NCBI GenBank assembly: GCA_030632085.1
Contig: DAOVJY010000002.1
Location: 77,325 to 141,324, forward strand
DNA length: 64,000 bases
Source: Candidatus Omnitrophota bacterium
GTDB lineage: Bacteria > Omnitrophota > Gorgyraeia > JAGLLT01
Reading direction: 5' to 3'
Part shown: piece by piece, positions 1-7,914 of the stretch
Layout: each line of letters begins with the position of its first letter
How positions within the stretch are numbered: the stretch's first letter is position 1
Position numbers and translations under genes: made by a program
Notes under the pieces: generated by a model
Databases searched by the model: none
Seen by the model: only the letters and a program-made list of their open reading frames with translations
What the model was told of the DNA's origin: nothing

Positions 1-1
1 C

Positions 2-958
2 ATGGAGATGCCAGCCTTAACGACAGAAGATATTGAGCAAATCAGTAATCAAATTACCGATGATGATAAACGCGGAAAGATTCGCGAGGTTGGCGGCTGC
101 GATTTTGGTTTTAGTTTTGGTAAGAATCGTTTTAGAGCGTCAATTTTTAGAGAAAAGGGCGCGCTGGGAATTTCCTTGCGTCTTATTCCATCAAAACTTT
201 TTTCTTTGGAAGAGTTGGGTTTATTGGGGAAAATTAAAGAACTTTTACATAGTGAAAGAGGCTTAATTTTGGTTACCGGCCCCACGGGTTCGGGCAAGAG
301 TACTACTTTGGCAACGATGGTTGATTATATAAATGAAAATATGCAAAAGCATGTAATTACTATTGAAGATCCAATTGAGTATTATCACTCCCATAAAAAG
401 AGTATTATTACTCAGCGGGAGGTCGGGGTTGATGTGCCTTCATTTTCTGAAGCGATTGTAAGAGGCTTGAGAAGCGACCCCGATGTTATTTTAGTTGGTG
501 AAATGCGAGACTTAGCAACTATCCAGGCGGCACTTTTAGCGGCCGAAACCGGACATTTAGTGCTCGCGACTTTACATACTATAAACGCGCCTCAGACAGT
601 AGACAGGGTTATCAACTCATTCGCGGTTCATCAGCAGGAACAGGTTAGGACACAGCTTTCAGCGACAATTTTAGCGGTTTTATCACAAAAACTTATTGTT
701 AAAAAATCGGGCCGGGGACGGGTGGCTTGTTTTGAAATTATGGTTAGTACTTCCTCAATTCAGAGCCTGATAAGAGAAAGGAAAACTTTCAGAATTTCTT
801 CCGAGCTTCAGACCGGATCTAAATACGGCATGAAACCTTTTGATTCCTCGCTTATAGAACTATGTGAGCGGGGCATTATTTCAAAGGAAGCGGCGTTGGT
901 AAACGCGTTTGATAGGGAGCAGTTTGAGTCAATGTATCGTGAAAGGATAGGTAAATAA
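2..958 (+). CDS. pilT: Type IV pilus retraction ATPase PilT (5' end outside window)
   Basis: Walker A GPTGSGKSTT, Asp box DPIEY, Walker B ILVGEMRD and His box ETGHLV; the C-terminal region is PilT-like. The ORF is open at the window start. Confidence 0.85.
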   Translation: MEMPALTTEDIEQISNQITDDDKRGKIREVGGCDFGFSFGKNRFRASIFREKGALGISLRLIPSKLFSLEELGLLGKIKELLHSERGLILVTGPTGSGKSTTLATMVDYINENMQKHVITIEDPIEYYHSHKKSIITQREVGVDVPSFSEAIVRGLRSDPDVILVGEMRDLATIQAALLAAETGHLVLATLHTINAPQTVDRVINSFAVHQQEQVRTQLSATILAVLSQKLIVKKSGRGRVACFEIMVSTSSIQSLIRERKTFRISSELQTGSKYGMKPFDSSLIELCERGIISKEAALVNAFDREQFESMYRERIGK

Positions 959-960
959 TT

Positions 961-2688
961 ATGACCGATGATTTTCTGAGAAGAAAACCATTAGGTGAAA
1001 TTCTTTTTGATCAGGGTATAATCAGCCAGGAGCAATTAGATGAAGCGCTTGAAGACCAGAAAAAAAGCGGCCGGTTATTAGGTAGAATCCTGGTTGAATT
1101 TGGCTTTGTAAAAGAGGAAAGAATTCTGGAAGCTCTCGGTATTCAGATTGGTATGAAGGTTACTAATCTGGCCGACATGAATATACCCGAAGAAGTCATT
1201 AAGCAAGTGCCTTCTTCATTAGCTCAGGTTTATAATGTAGTTCCCGTTAAAATTGAAAATAATATTATTACCGTAGCCCTATCAGACCCGCTTAATATAA
1301 ACGTTTTGGATGATTTAAGATTTGTTTTGAATTGTGAAGTTCAGGGAGCAATTGCCATGGAGGAAGATATTAACGAGGCTATAGAAAAATATTACGGGGT
1401 TACTACTCAGGAAGATTCCCTCAATGCTCTGGTTCAGGAAATAGAAAAAAGTACTCCCACGGTTTTATCGGCTGAAATTCAAGAGATGCAGGATATTACC
1501 AGTTTAAAAGAGCTCGCCTCCCAGGCTCCGGTTGTAAAGCTGGTTAACCTGGTTCTTTTGCAGGCCGTAAAAGATACGGCCAGTGATATTCATTTCGAAC
1601 CTTTTGAAGATGAATTTAAAGTCCGTTATCGTGTTGACGGTGTTTTATATGAAATAACCCGTCCTCCTAAGAATCTTAGTTTGGCCATAACTTCCAGAAT
1701 AAAAGTTATGGCCGGCCTGGATGTAGCTGAAAGCCGAATTCCTCAGGATGGTAGGATTATGATGCGTGTAGCCGGTAGAGGTATTGACCTGCGCGTTTCT
1801 ACTTTACCGACCGTTTTTGGAGAAAGTGTGGTTATGCGTGTTTTAGATAGAAGCGTAATCAGTTTAGATTTGGATCAAGTCGGCCTGACAACCGAGCAGC
1901 AGGACATCGTTAAGAAACTTATCAGTAAACCTAACGGTATTATTCTTGCAACCGGCCCCACCGGCTGCGGCAAAACAACTACGCTTTATTCCTGCTTAAG
2001 GGAAGTTAATAAAATTGAATATAAGATTATTACAACTGAAGATCCGGTTGAATATGATATTTCCGGGATTATCCAGGTTAGTATTAAGCCTAAAATTAAC
2101 CTGACTTTTGCCGCGTGCTTAAGGCATATATTAAGACAGGACCCGGATATTATAATGGTTGGTGAAATTCGCGATAAAGAAACGGCCCAAATAAGTATAC
2201 AAGCCTCATTGACCGGCCACCTGGTATTTTCTACTTTACACACTAATGATGCTCCGGGAGCGGTTACCCGATTAATTGACATGGGCATTGAGCCTTTCTT
2301 AATATCTTCAACCCTTGAGTCGGTTGTCGCTCAGAGGTTGATACGTGTTCTATGCCCTAAGTGTAAAGAGGCCTATGTGCCGGATGAATATGAACTATCC
2401 CAGATTAATCTTTCTCAGGATAAGGCCGCGGATAAGACATTTTATCGGGCCAAAGGCTGCCATGAATGTAATGATATTGGTTATAGAGGCAGAACCGGAA
2501 TATTTGAAATACTGATAATGACTGATAAAATCAGAACTCTTATTATGGATAAATCCCATACGGCTCTTTTAAGAAAAGCGGCCATTGAAGGCGGTATGCG
2601 TACTTTAAGAGATGATGGCCTACTTAGAGTATATGACGGTTTAACTACTATAGAAGAAGTTATCAGGGAAACTCAAGGGTATTCTTAA
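961..2688 (+). CDS. pilB: Type IV pilus assembly ATPase PilB/GspE
   Basis: 575 aa with a GSPII_E N-terminal domain, Walker A GPTGCGKTTT and a C-terminal tetracysteine motif CPKC...CHEC. It follows pilT directly. Confidence 0.9.
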   Translation: MTDDFLRRKPLGEILFDQGIISQEQLDEALEDQKKSGRLLGRILVEFGFVKEERILEALGIQIGMKVTNLADMNIPEEVIKQVPSSLAQVYNVVPVKIENNIITVALSDPLNINVLDDLRFVLNCEVQGAIAMEEDINEAIEKYYGVTTQEDSLNALVQEIEKSTPTVLSAEIQEMQDITSLKELASQAPVVKLVNLVLLQAVKDTASDIHFEPFEDEFKVRYRVDGVLYEITRPPKNLSLAITSRIKVMAGLDVAESRIPQDGRIMMRVAGRGIDLRVSTLPTVFGESVVMRVLDRSVISLDLDQVGLTTEQQDIVKKLISKPNGIILATGPTGCGKTTTLYSCLREVNKIEYKIITTEDPVEYDISGIIQVSIKPKINLTFAACLRHILRQDPDIIMVGEIRDKETAQISIQASLTGHLVFSTLHTNDAPGAVTRLIDMGIEPFLISSTLESVVAQRLIRVLCPKCKEAYVPDEYELSQINLSQDKAADKTFYRAKGCHECNDIGYRGRTGIFEILIMTDKIRTLIMDKSHTALLRKAAIEGGMRTLRDDGLLRVYDGLTTIEEVIRETQGYS

Positions 2689-2840
2689 ATGAATAAGATA
2701 GTTAAGGCTGGTAGCTTGTATTTGATAATTGTTGTGCTTAAACTAAAACATCCCGCATACTGCGGGATTTAATTCTGGCAAATTACTTACATTCGCTTAC
2801 GCTCTGTAAGTAATGCCCTCATTAAAGGAGGTAACCGAAA

Positions 2841-4127
2841 TTGCCTAAATTTGAATATAAAGCTATAGATCCTAACGGTAGAGAAATTTCAGGTGTTGTT
2901 GATGTCGGAACTACGCAAGAAGCTGTTTCTAAAATAAAAAATAAAGGGTTTTATCCGACACAGATAAACGAAGTAAAAAAAGAACAAGCTCAGAAATCTC
3001 CCGGAGCGGCTGCTGCTGCCGCGCCTGCCGCGCAAAAAAAAAGCGGACTTAATGCTGAATTATGTATTCCTTTTCTGGGCATAGGTACTGTTAAAAATGT
3101 TGATGCCGCGATTTTCACCAGGCAGTTGGCCACGTTAATTGAAGCCGGCCTTCCTTTGGTAAGAAGTTTAAATGTTTTGTATGATCAGCTAAAATCCGGG
3201 CCCTTAAAAAGTATTATATCTAATCTTTCAAAAGACGTTTCCTCCGGAGGTACTTTAAGTGAATCTCTGGCCAAGTACCCTAGGGTTTTTAACCATCTTT
3301 ATGTCAATATGATCAAGGCCGGTGAGGCCGGCGGCATACTTGAACTTGTTTTAGAAAGATTAGCTGAGTTTCAGGAAAAAAACATGGCCTTGACTCAAAA
3401 GGTAAAATCAGCCCTTACTTATCCGGCTTTGGTTGTTGTTTTCTCAGCCGGCGTTCTTTTGTTTTTAACCACCTATATTATTCCCAAATTTATGGGTATT
3501 TTTGAGAATATGGATGTTGGTGAAATGCCGGGCATTACTAAATTTGTTATGATTATGAGTTCGCTTATAAGGGATAAATGGTATATCGGTGTCGGCCTTA
3601 TGGTTTTGGCTATTGTCGCTCTTAAAGTACTAAATAGCTTTAAGAATAGTAAATTTTTCATAGATAAGTTTAAACTGCGTATTCCCGTAGCGGGAGACTT
3701 AACTAAAAAAATAGAAGTATCCAGATTTTCCAGAACTCTGGGTACTCTTATTTCCAGCGGTGTTCCTATCTTGCAGGCTTTACGAATCACACGGGGAATA
3801 ATGAGTAACGAAGTCATGCGCAGGGCTCTCAAGCGTGTTCATGATAGTATCCGCGAAGGTGAATCTATAGCCGGCCCCTTAAAAGCCAGCGGAGCTTTTC
3901 CGCCCATGGTTGTGAATATGATAGATGTTGGTGAAGAAACCGGTTCTTTGGATACCATGCTCAATAAAGTCGCTGATATTTATGATACTGATGTTGATGC
4001 CACGGTAGACGCCTTGACTTCAATCATTGAACCATTTTTGATTGTCAGTATGGGTGTTATTGTAGGTTTCCTGGTAATTTCTATGTTCCTGCCGCTCTTT
4101 AAACTTATGGCTTCATTATCCGCTTAA
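2841..4127 (+). CDS. pilC: Type IV pilus inner-membrane platform protein PilC/GspF
   Basis: 428 aa with two GspF-type repeats and three TM segments. TTG start follows the SD AAAGGAGG. Confidence 0.85.
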   Translation: MPKFEYKAIDPNGREISGVVDVGTTQEAVSKIKNKGFYPTQINEVKKEQAQKSPGAAAAAAPAAQKKSGLNAELCIPFLGIGTVKNVDAAIFTRQLATLIEAGLPLVRSLNVLYDQLKSGPLKSIISNLSKDVSSGGTLSESLAKYPRVFNHLYVNMIKAGEAGGILELVLERLAEFQEKNMALTQKVKSALTYPALVVVFSAGVLLFLTTYIIPKFMGIFENMDVGEMPGITKFVMIMSSLIRDKWYIGVGLMVLAIVALKVLNSFKNSKFFIDKFKLRIPVAGDLTKKIEVSRFSRTLGTLISSGVPILQALRITRGIMSNEVMRRALKRVHDSIREGESIAGPLKASGAFPPMVVNMIDVGEETGSLDTMLNKVADIYDTDVDATVDALTSIIEPFLIVSMGVIVGFLVISMFLPLFKLMASLSA

Positions 4128-4144
4128 AGAGCCGGTTGTTGGTT

Positions 4145-4173
4145 TTGGACATAGTTTAAGAATGTGGTATAAT
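4145..4173 (+). promoter_or_regulatory. Sigma-70-type promoter TTGGAC-N17-TATAAT upstream of the pilin gene array
   Basis: -35 TTGGAC at 4145-4150, a 17-nt spacer and -10 TATAAT at 4168-4173, about 20 nt upstream of the first pilin ATG. Confidence 0.55.
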
Positions 4174-4192
4174 ACGTTATAGAGGTATATGT

Positions 4193-4618
4193 ATGAAAAA
4201 CAACGCTTTTACTATAGTTGAATTAATGATTGTACTCATTATTATGGGTATTCTGATGGGGCTTACCGTAGGAGGAGCTATGAAGATTCTGCAGGAGGCC
4301 AAAAAAGGGCAGGCGGAGGCTGATATAGGTGCTCTTGAATCGGCTGTATCCAGGTATGAAAGGGATATTGGTAGTTATCCCCCTGATTCAGCTAACGGTT
4401 TATGGTATTATCTTGAGGATGATAGATCAGGAGATCCAACCGGTTGGGAAGGCCCTTATATTGATTTTGATGACGGTAGGACTTCAGATAATAATTATGA
4501 AGACCCCTGGGATAATAATTATCAGTATGATTGCACAAGTGTAACTAGGCACAATCTTGACTTTGTAGACATATGGACGACAGTTCCAAGTACAGGGGAT
4601 ACAATAGGCAATTGGTAA
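4193..4618 (+). CDS. GspG-type pseudopilin / major pilin paralog 1
   Basis: Prepilin N-terminus MKNNA|FTIVELMIVLIIMGIL, and GspG hallmarks DIGSYP, WEGPYI and DPWDNNYQY. The C-terminal tail is rich in aromatic and acidic residues. Confidence 0.8.
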   Translation: MKNNAFTIVELMIVLIIMGILMGLTVGGAMKILQEAKKGQAEADIGALESAVSRYERDIGSYPPDSANGLWYYLEDDRSGDPTGWEGPYIDFDDGRTSDNNYEDPWDNNYQYDCTSVTRHNLDFVDIWTTVPSTGDTIGNW

Positions 4619-4632
4619 AGAGGGTGTTTTAA

Positions 4633-5118
4633 ATGATATATAGTAATAAAAAGGCTTTTACATTAGTTGAAATGATAACTGTGATGGTTATTGTCGGTAT
4701 TTTATTAGGGCTTGTGCTAACGGGTTCTTTTAACGCGATTAAGGAAGCTCGAATTGAAAAAGCTAAAGCGGCAATGAAGGCGACTAAGGCGGCGTTAGAG
4801 ATGTTTGAATCGGATATTGGTGATTATCCCGTATATACAAATACATCCGGTAATGGAAATGATTTTAAGTCTTGGTTGATGAATGGGGATCATGCAACCG
4901 GTAATTATGACAACTGGTATGGGCCTTATATGAGTTTTATAGATGCTGAAATTTTAAGTAACACTCATTATTTGGATCCCTGGGGAAACGGTTATAGATA
5001 TTATCATGTAGCGGATACGGATGGCTATAATCTTTGGTCGTCCGGGCCGGATGGAAATAATGACAGCCTTGATGGTGAAAGCGGTATAATCGGAGATGAT
5101 ATAGGTAGTTGGGACTGA
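4633..5118 (+). CDS. GspG-type pseudopilin / major pilin paralog 2
   Basis: KKA|FTLVEMITV N-terminus; motifs DIGDYP, WYGPYM and DPWGNGYRYY; SD AGAGGG. Confidence 0.8.
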   Translation: MIYSNKKAFTLVEMITVMVIVGILLGLVLTGSFNAIKEARIEKAKAAMKATKAALEMFESDIGDYPVYTNTSGNGNDFKSWLMNGDHATGNYDNWYGPYMSFIDAEILSNTHYLDPWGNGYRYYHVADTDGYNLWSSGPDGNNDSLDGESGIIGDDIGSWD

Positions 5119-5123
5119 TAGAT

Positions 5124-5636
5124 ATGAAAAAAATAAAAGCTTTTACATTGATAGAGTTATTAATGGTAATGGTAATTATCGGTATTTTAGCTTCCCTGAT
5201 TACTACCGGGGCTTTTAGGTCTATAAGGGGTGCTCGGGAAAGCAAAGCACAGTCTGATATAGCGGCCCTGGAAACGGCCATTGAGAGATATAAATTAGAT
5301 GTGGGCGTATATCCTCCGGGAGACGGTTCAGGCAACAGCTTTAAGTACTACCTGCAGGATGACAGGAGTGTCGATACAACCGGCTGGAATGGGCCTTACA
5401 TGATTTTTAAAGCTAAGGATTTAAATGTTAACGCTTTTGTTGATCCCTGGGGAAGTGATTATAGATATTATCATGATCAGCTCACCACAGGGAAAGCGTA
5501 TTTGCATACCTACCCGGATACGCATATCACTCAAAATCCAATTGATATATGGTCTATTGGCGAAAACAAAACAGATGATGTAGAAACGACTAATTATATT
5601 AACACAGATGATGATATATACAGCTGGGGGGATTAG
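5124..5636 (+). CDS. GspG-type pseudopilin / major pilin paralog 3
   Basis: MKKIKA|FTLIELLMV N-terminus; motifs DVGVYP, WNGPYM and DPWGSDYRYY. ATG at 5124 is preferred over the ORF-track start at 5109. Confidence 0.8.
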   Translation: MKKIKAFTLIELLMVMVIIGILASLITTGAFRSIRGARESKAQSDIAALETAIERYKLDVGVYPPGDGSGNSFKYYLQDDRSVDTTGWNGPYMIFKAKDLNVNAFVDPWGSDYRYYHDQLTTGKAYLHTYPDTHITQNPIDIWSIGENKTDDVETTNYINTDDDIYSWGD

Positions 5637-5648
5637 TTGGTGATTAAT

Positions 5649-6179
5649 ATGAAAAAGAAATCTTTCACTCTTTTAGAGATGATGGTTGTCTTGGTTATTA
5701 TTTTTATAATAACAGCGATTGCGATGCCTAATTTCTGGGGAGGCTATAAGAGCAAGGAGGTTAAAGGTTCCGCGAGGAGAGTTGCCTCTATTTTAAGTAC
5801 CGCTAAAAGCTATGCCCAAGCTCAAAATACGCAGTATGATGTTGTTTTTTGGTATGGCGATAGTTTTCTTAGTATGGATATTTATAAAGAGTTTGATCCT
5901 TGGACTGAAGCGAGTTGGGATCGTAAAGTTGGAAAATCTGAAAAATTCAATTTTACGAAAGTTGGAATTAGTACTATAATTGATACACCCATTACTACAC
6001 CCATCAGCAATTATGCCTGGATATCATTCTATTCCGATGGGCGCGCTGATGATCATGATGCTAATCTTCCGGAAGATGAAGAGATTGTTTTTACGCTTGA
6101 TGTCGGTGGAACCCCCAAAACCCTTACAATATATATCAATGAAAACACCGGCTGTATAAGAGTTGGTGATTTAGAATAA
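5649..6179 (+). CDS. GspH-like minor pseudopilin
   Basis: MKKKS|FTLLEMMVVLVII prepilin N-terminus; about 175 aa, the size of GspH/FimT. ATG 5649 is preferred over TTG 5637. Confidence 0.65.
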   Translation: MKKKSFTLLEMMVVLVIIFIITAIAMPNFWGGYKSKEVKGSARRVASILSTAKSYAQAQNTQYDVVFWYGDSFLSMDIYKEFDPWTEASWDRKVGKSEKFNFTKVGISTIIDTPITTPISNYAWISFYSDGRADDHDANLPEDEEIVFTLDVGGTPKTLTIYINENTGCIRVGDLE

Positions 6180-6236
6180 TTGATTGCATATTTTCTTGCC
6201 TTTTTTATTTCCTCATGATATAGTTAGCTCCGCGTT

Positions 6237-6713
6237 ATGAGGAATTCAAGTTTAAAATCATCTTTCACTATAATTGAGCTGGTAGTCTGCCTGGTTATTG
6301 TGGGTACTATTTCAGCGGTAACTTTGCCGTATTGTTGGGGCGCTTACAGGTCTGCTGAAGCTAAGACTTCCGCCCGTGTTGTTGCTTCAATATTAAGAAG
6401 CACAAAAGAGAGTGCCCGGGCTCAAGGTAAGAAATATGAGATTATTTTTGCAGCTTGTGATAATAATCTTAATATTGATGTCTATACCAACTTATCAGAA
6501 GTTAATCCTTTGAAAGTAGGTAAGACCGAGAAACTATCCTTAAGCGGTTCATATGAATTTAGAATAACATTTTATAATGATAAAGCCATCTTTACTTCTT
6601 TTGGGACTTCTAACGGAGGGTCTGTTTATATTACTGATACTTCTACAGGCAAAGGTTATAGGATAAGTGTGTTATCAACCTCCGGCAGGGTTAAAGTGCT
6701 GGCTTTTGATTAA
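6237..6713 (+). CDS. GspH-like minor pseudopilin (second copy)
   Basis: SS|FTIIELVVCLVIVG N-terminus. It shares the core ARVVASIL..A with the previous gene, so it is a paralog. Confidence 0.6.
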   Translation: MRNSSLKSSFTIIELVVCLVIVGTISAVTLPYCWGAYRSAEAKTSARVVASILRSTKESARAQGKKYEIIFAACDNNLNIDVYTNLSEVNPLKVGKTEKLSLSGSYEFRITFYNDKAIFTSFGTSNGGSVYITDTSTGKGYRISVLSTSGRVKVLAFD

Positions 6714-6745
6714 TAGCGGTTAGATTTATTTTTCTTTTCTTATCA

Positions 6746-6774
6746 TTGATAAGTTTTGTAACTTGTGGTATTAT
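6746..6774 (+). promoter_or_regulatory. Candidate sigma-70 promoter TTGATA-N17-TATTAT
   Basis: Read directly from the sequence, upstream of the GspI-like gene. Confidence 0.4.
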
Positions 6775-6835
6775 ATACAGTAGAGATAGTATGCATTAAG
6801 TGAATATAATATTTTTTTTAGGAGGTTTATAAAAA

Positions 6836-7198
6836 ATGAGAAAAAAACAAGGGTTCACTCTTTTAGAAATAGTTATTGCTTTGGCTATATTAGCTATCGG
6901 CCTTGTTGGTATTTTAAGCCTTTTTCCGGTAGGTTTTGAGGCCTCAAGAAGGGCCAGTATGCTTACGGAGGCAACTATCCATGCTCAGCAAAAAATGGAA
7001 GAGTTTAAGCGAATCGGCTATGATGGCCTTTTTGATACAAATTACGCGGCATTTTCTGATAATAGTGGTTTGGAATGGAAGGTTACGGTTGTAGAAATAG
7101 ATCCTCTCGGGAATTTAAAAAGCGTAACTCTCGATATTCAATGGCAGGAGAAAGGGGACAATAAGAGTGAGACATTTGTTACTTATATCGCCAAGTAA
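6836..7198 (+). CDS. GspI/PilV-like minor pseudopilin
   Basis: MRKKQG|FTLLEIVIALAIL N-terminus; 120 aa, the size of GspI. Confidence 0.65.
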   Translation: MRKKQGFTLLEIVIALAILAIGLVGILSLFPVGFEASRRASMLTEATIHAQQKMEEFKRIGYDGLFDTNYAAFSDNSGLEWKVTVVEIDPLGNLKSVTLDIQWQEKGDNKSETFVTYIAK

Positions 7199-7817
7199 AA
7201 GAAAGGCTTTTACCCTTATTGAAATACTGGTAGCCAGTGTTATCCTGGTTATTATAGTTGGGTCTATGGCGGTAATTTTTTCGCAGGCTAATCGGTCGTG
7301 GAGTGAAACGGAAGCCAGATTACAGGTTTATCAAAATACCAGGGAAGTTATAAACGCGATCTCCAGAGATATTGCCTGCGCCTATCAAAGCACCAGCACT
7401 GTTGTTAAATTCGATTATGACAACATTGCTACTGATACTCTCTATTTTACCGCGGCGGTTAATACAAATTACGACACAAATGAATATGATTTAAGTATTA
7501 TCGGCTACAAAATAGACACCGCAACCAATACTGTAAAAAAATATAAAGAAGATTATGACGGAACACAAGCTGCCGGCTGGACACCAACTTCCGGCAATTG
7601 GAGCCCTTTGGCTGAGAATATAACCGGTTTGGCTTTTGAGTTTTATGACGCGGATCAGACAGTTCCCGGATGGCTTGTATCAGGTAGTAAATGGAATTCT
7701 AGTGTAGGTGTAAAAGATTATTTACCCCAGGCGGTTAAGATAACAGTTGATGCCGAGGATAAACAAGCTAGATTCAGTAGAACTTTTAATACCACTATCT
7801 ATATTCAGGCATACTAA
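7167..7817 (+). CDS. GspJ/PilW-like minor pseudopilin
   Basis: KRKA|FTLIEILVASVIL N-terminus; 216 aa. It overlaps the previous gene by 32 nt. Confidence 0.6.
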   Translation: MRHLLLISPSKRKAFTLIEILVASVILVIIVGSMAVIFSQANRSWSETEARLQVYQNTREVINAISRDIACAYQSTSTVVKFDYDNIATDTLYFTAAVNTNYDTNEYDLSIIGYKIDTATNTVKKYKEDYDGTQAAGWTPTSGNWSPLAENITGLAFEFYDADQTVPGWLVSGSKWNSSVGVKDYLPQAVKITVDAEDKQARFSRTFNTTIYIQAY

Positions 7818-7914
7818 TTTTGAGAGCATCTATTCAAATAATCAAGAAGTTACGCGGTAAATATGGCATTAACGGCTATGAAGAGAAGTTTCTAAATAAT
7901 CTAAGGTGGTAGAT

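Noticed and set aside
33-297. Small ORFs overlapping pilT (+ frame 33-266; minus 49-297)
   Set aside because: They lie inside the conserved PilT coding region in alternative frames and have no motifs.
2748-2775. Hairpin ATCCCGCA-TAC-TGCGGGAT after pilB as a terminator
   Set aside because: The downstream tract TTAATTCT is only weakly U-rich and pilC follows co-directionally 70 nt later. It is more likely an intra-operon stabiliser or attenuator, so it is not called as a terminator.
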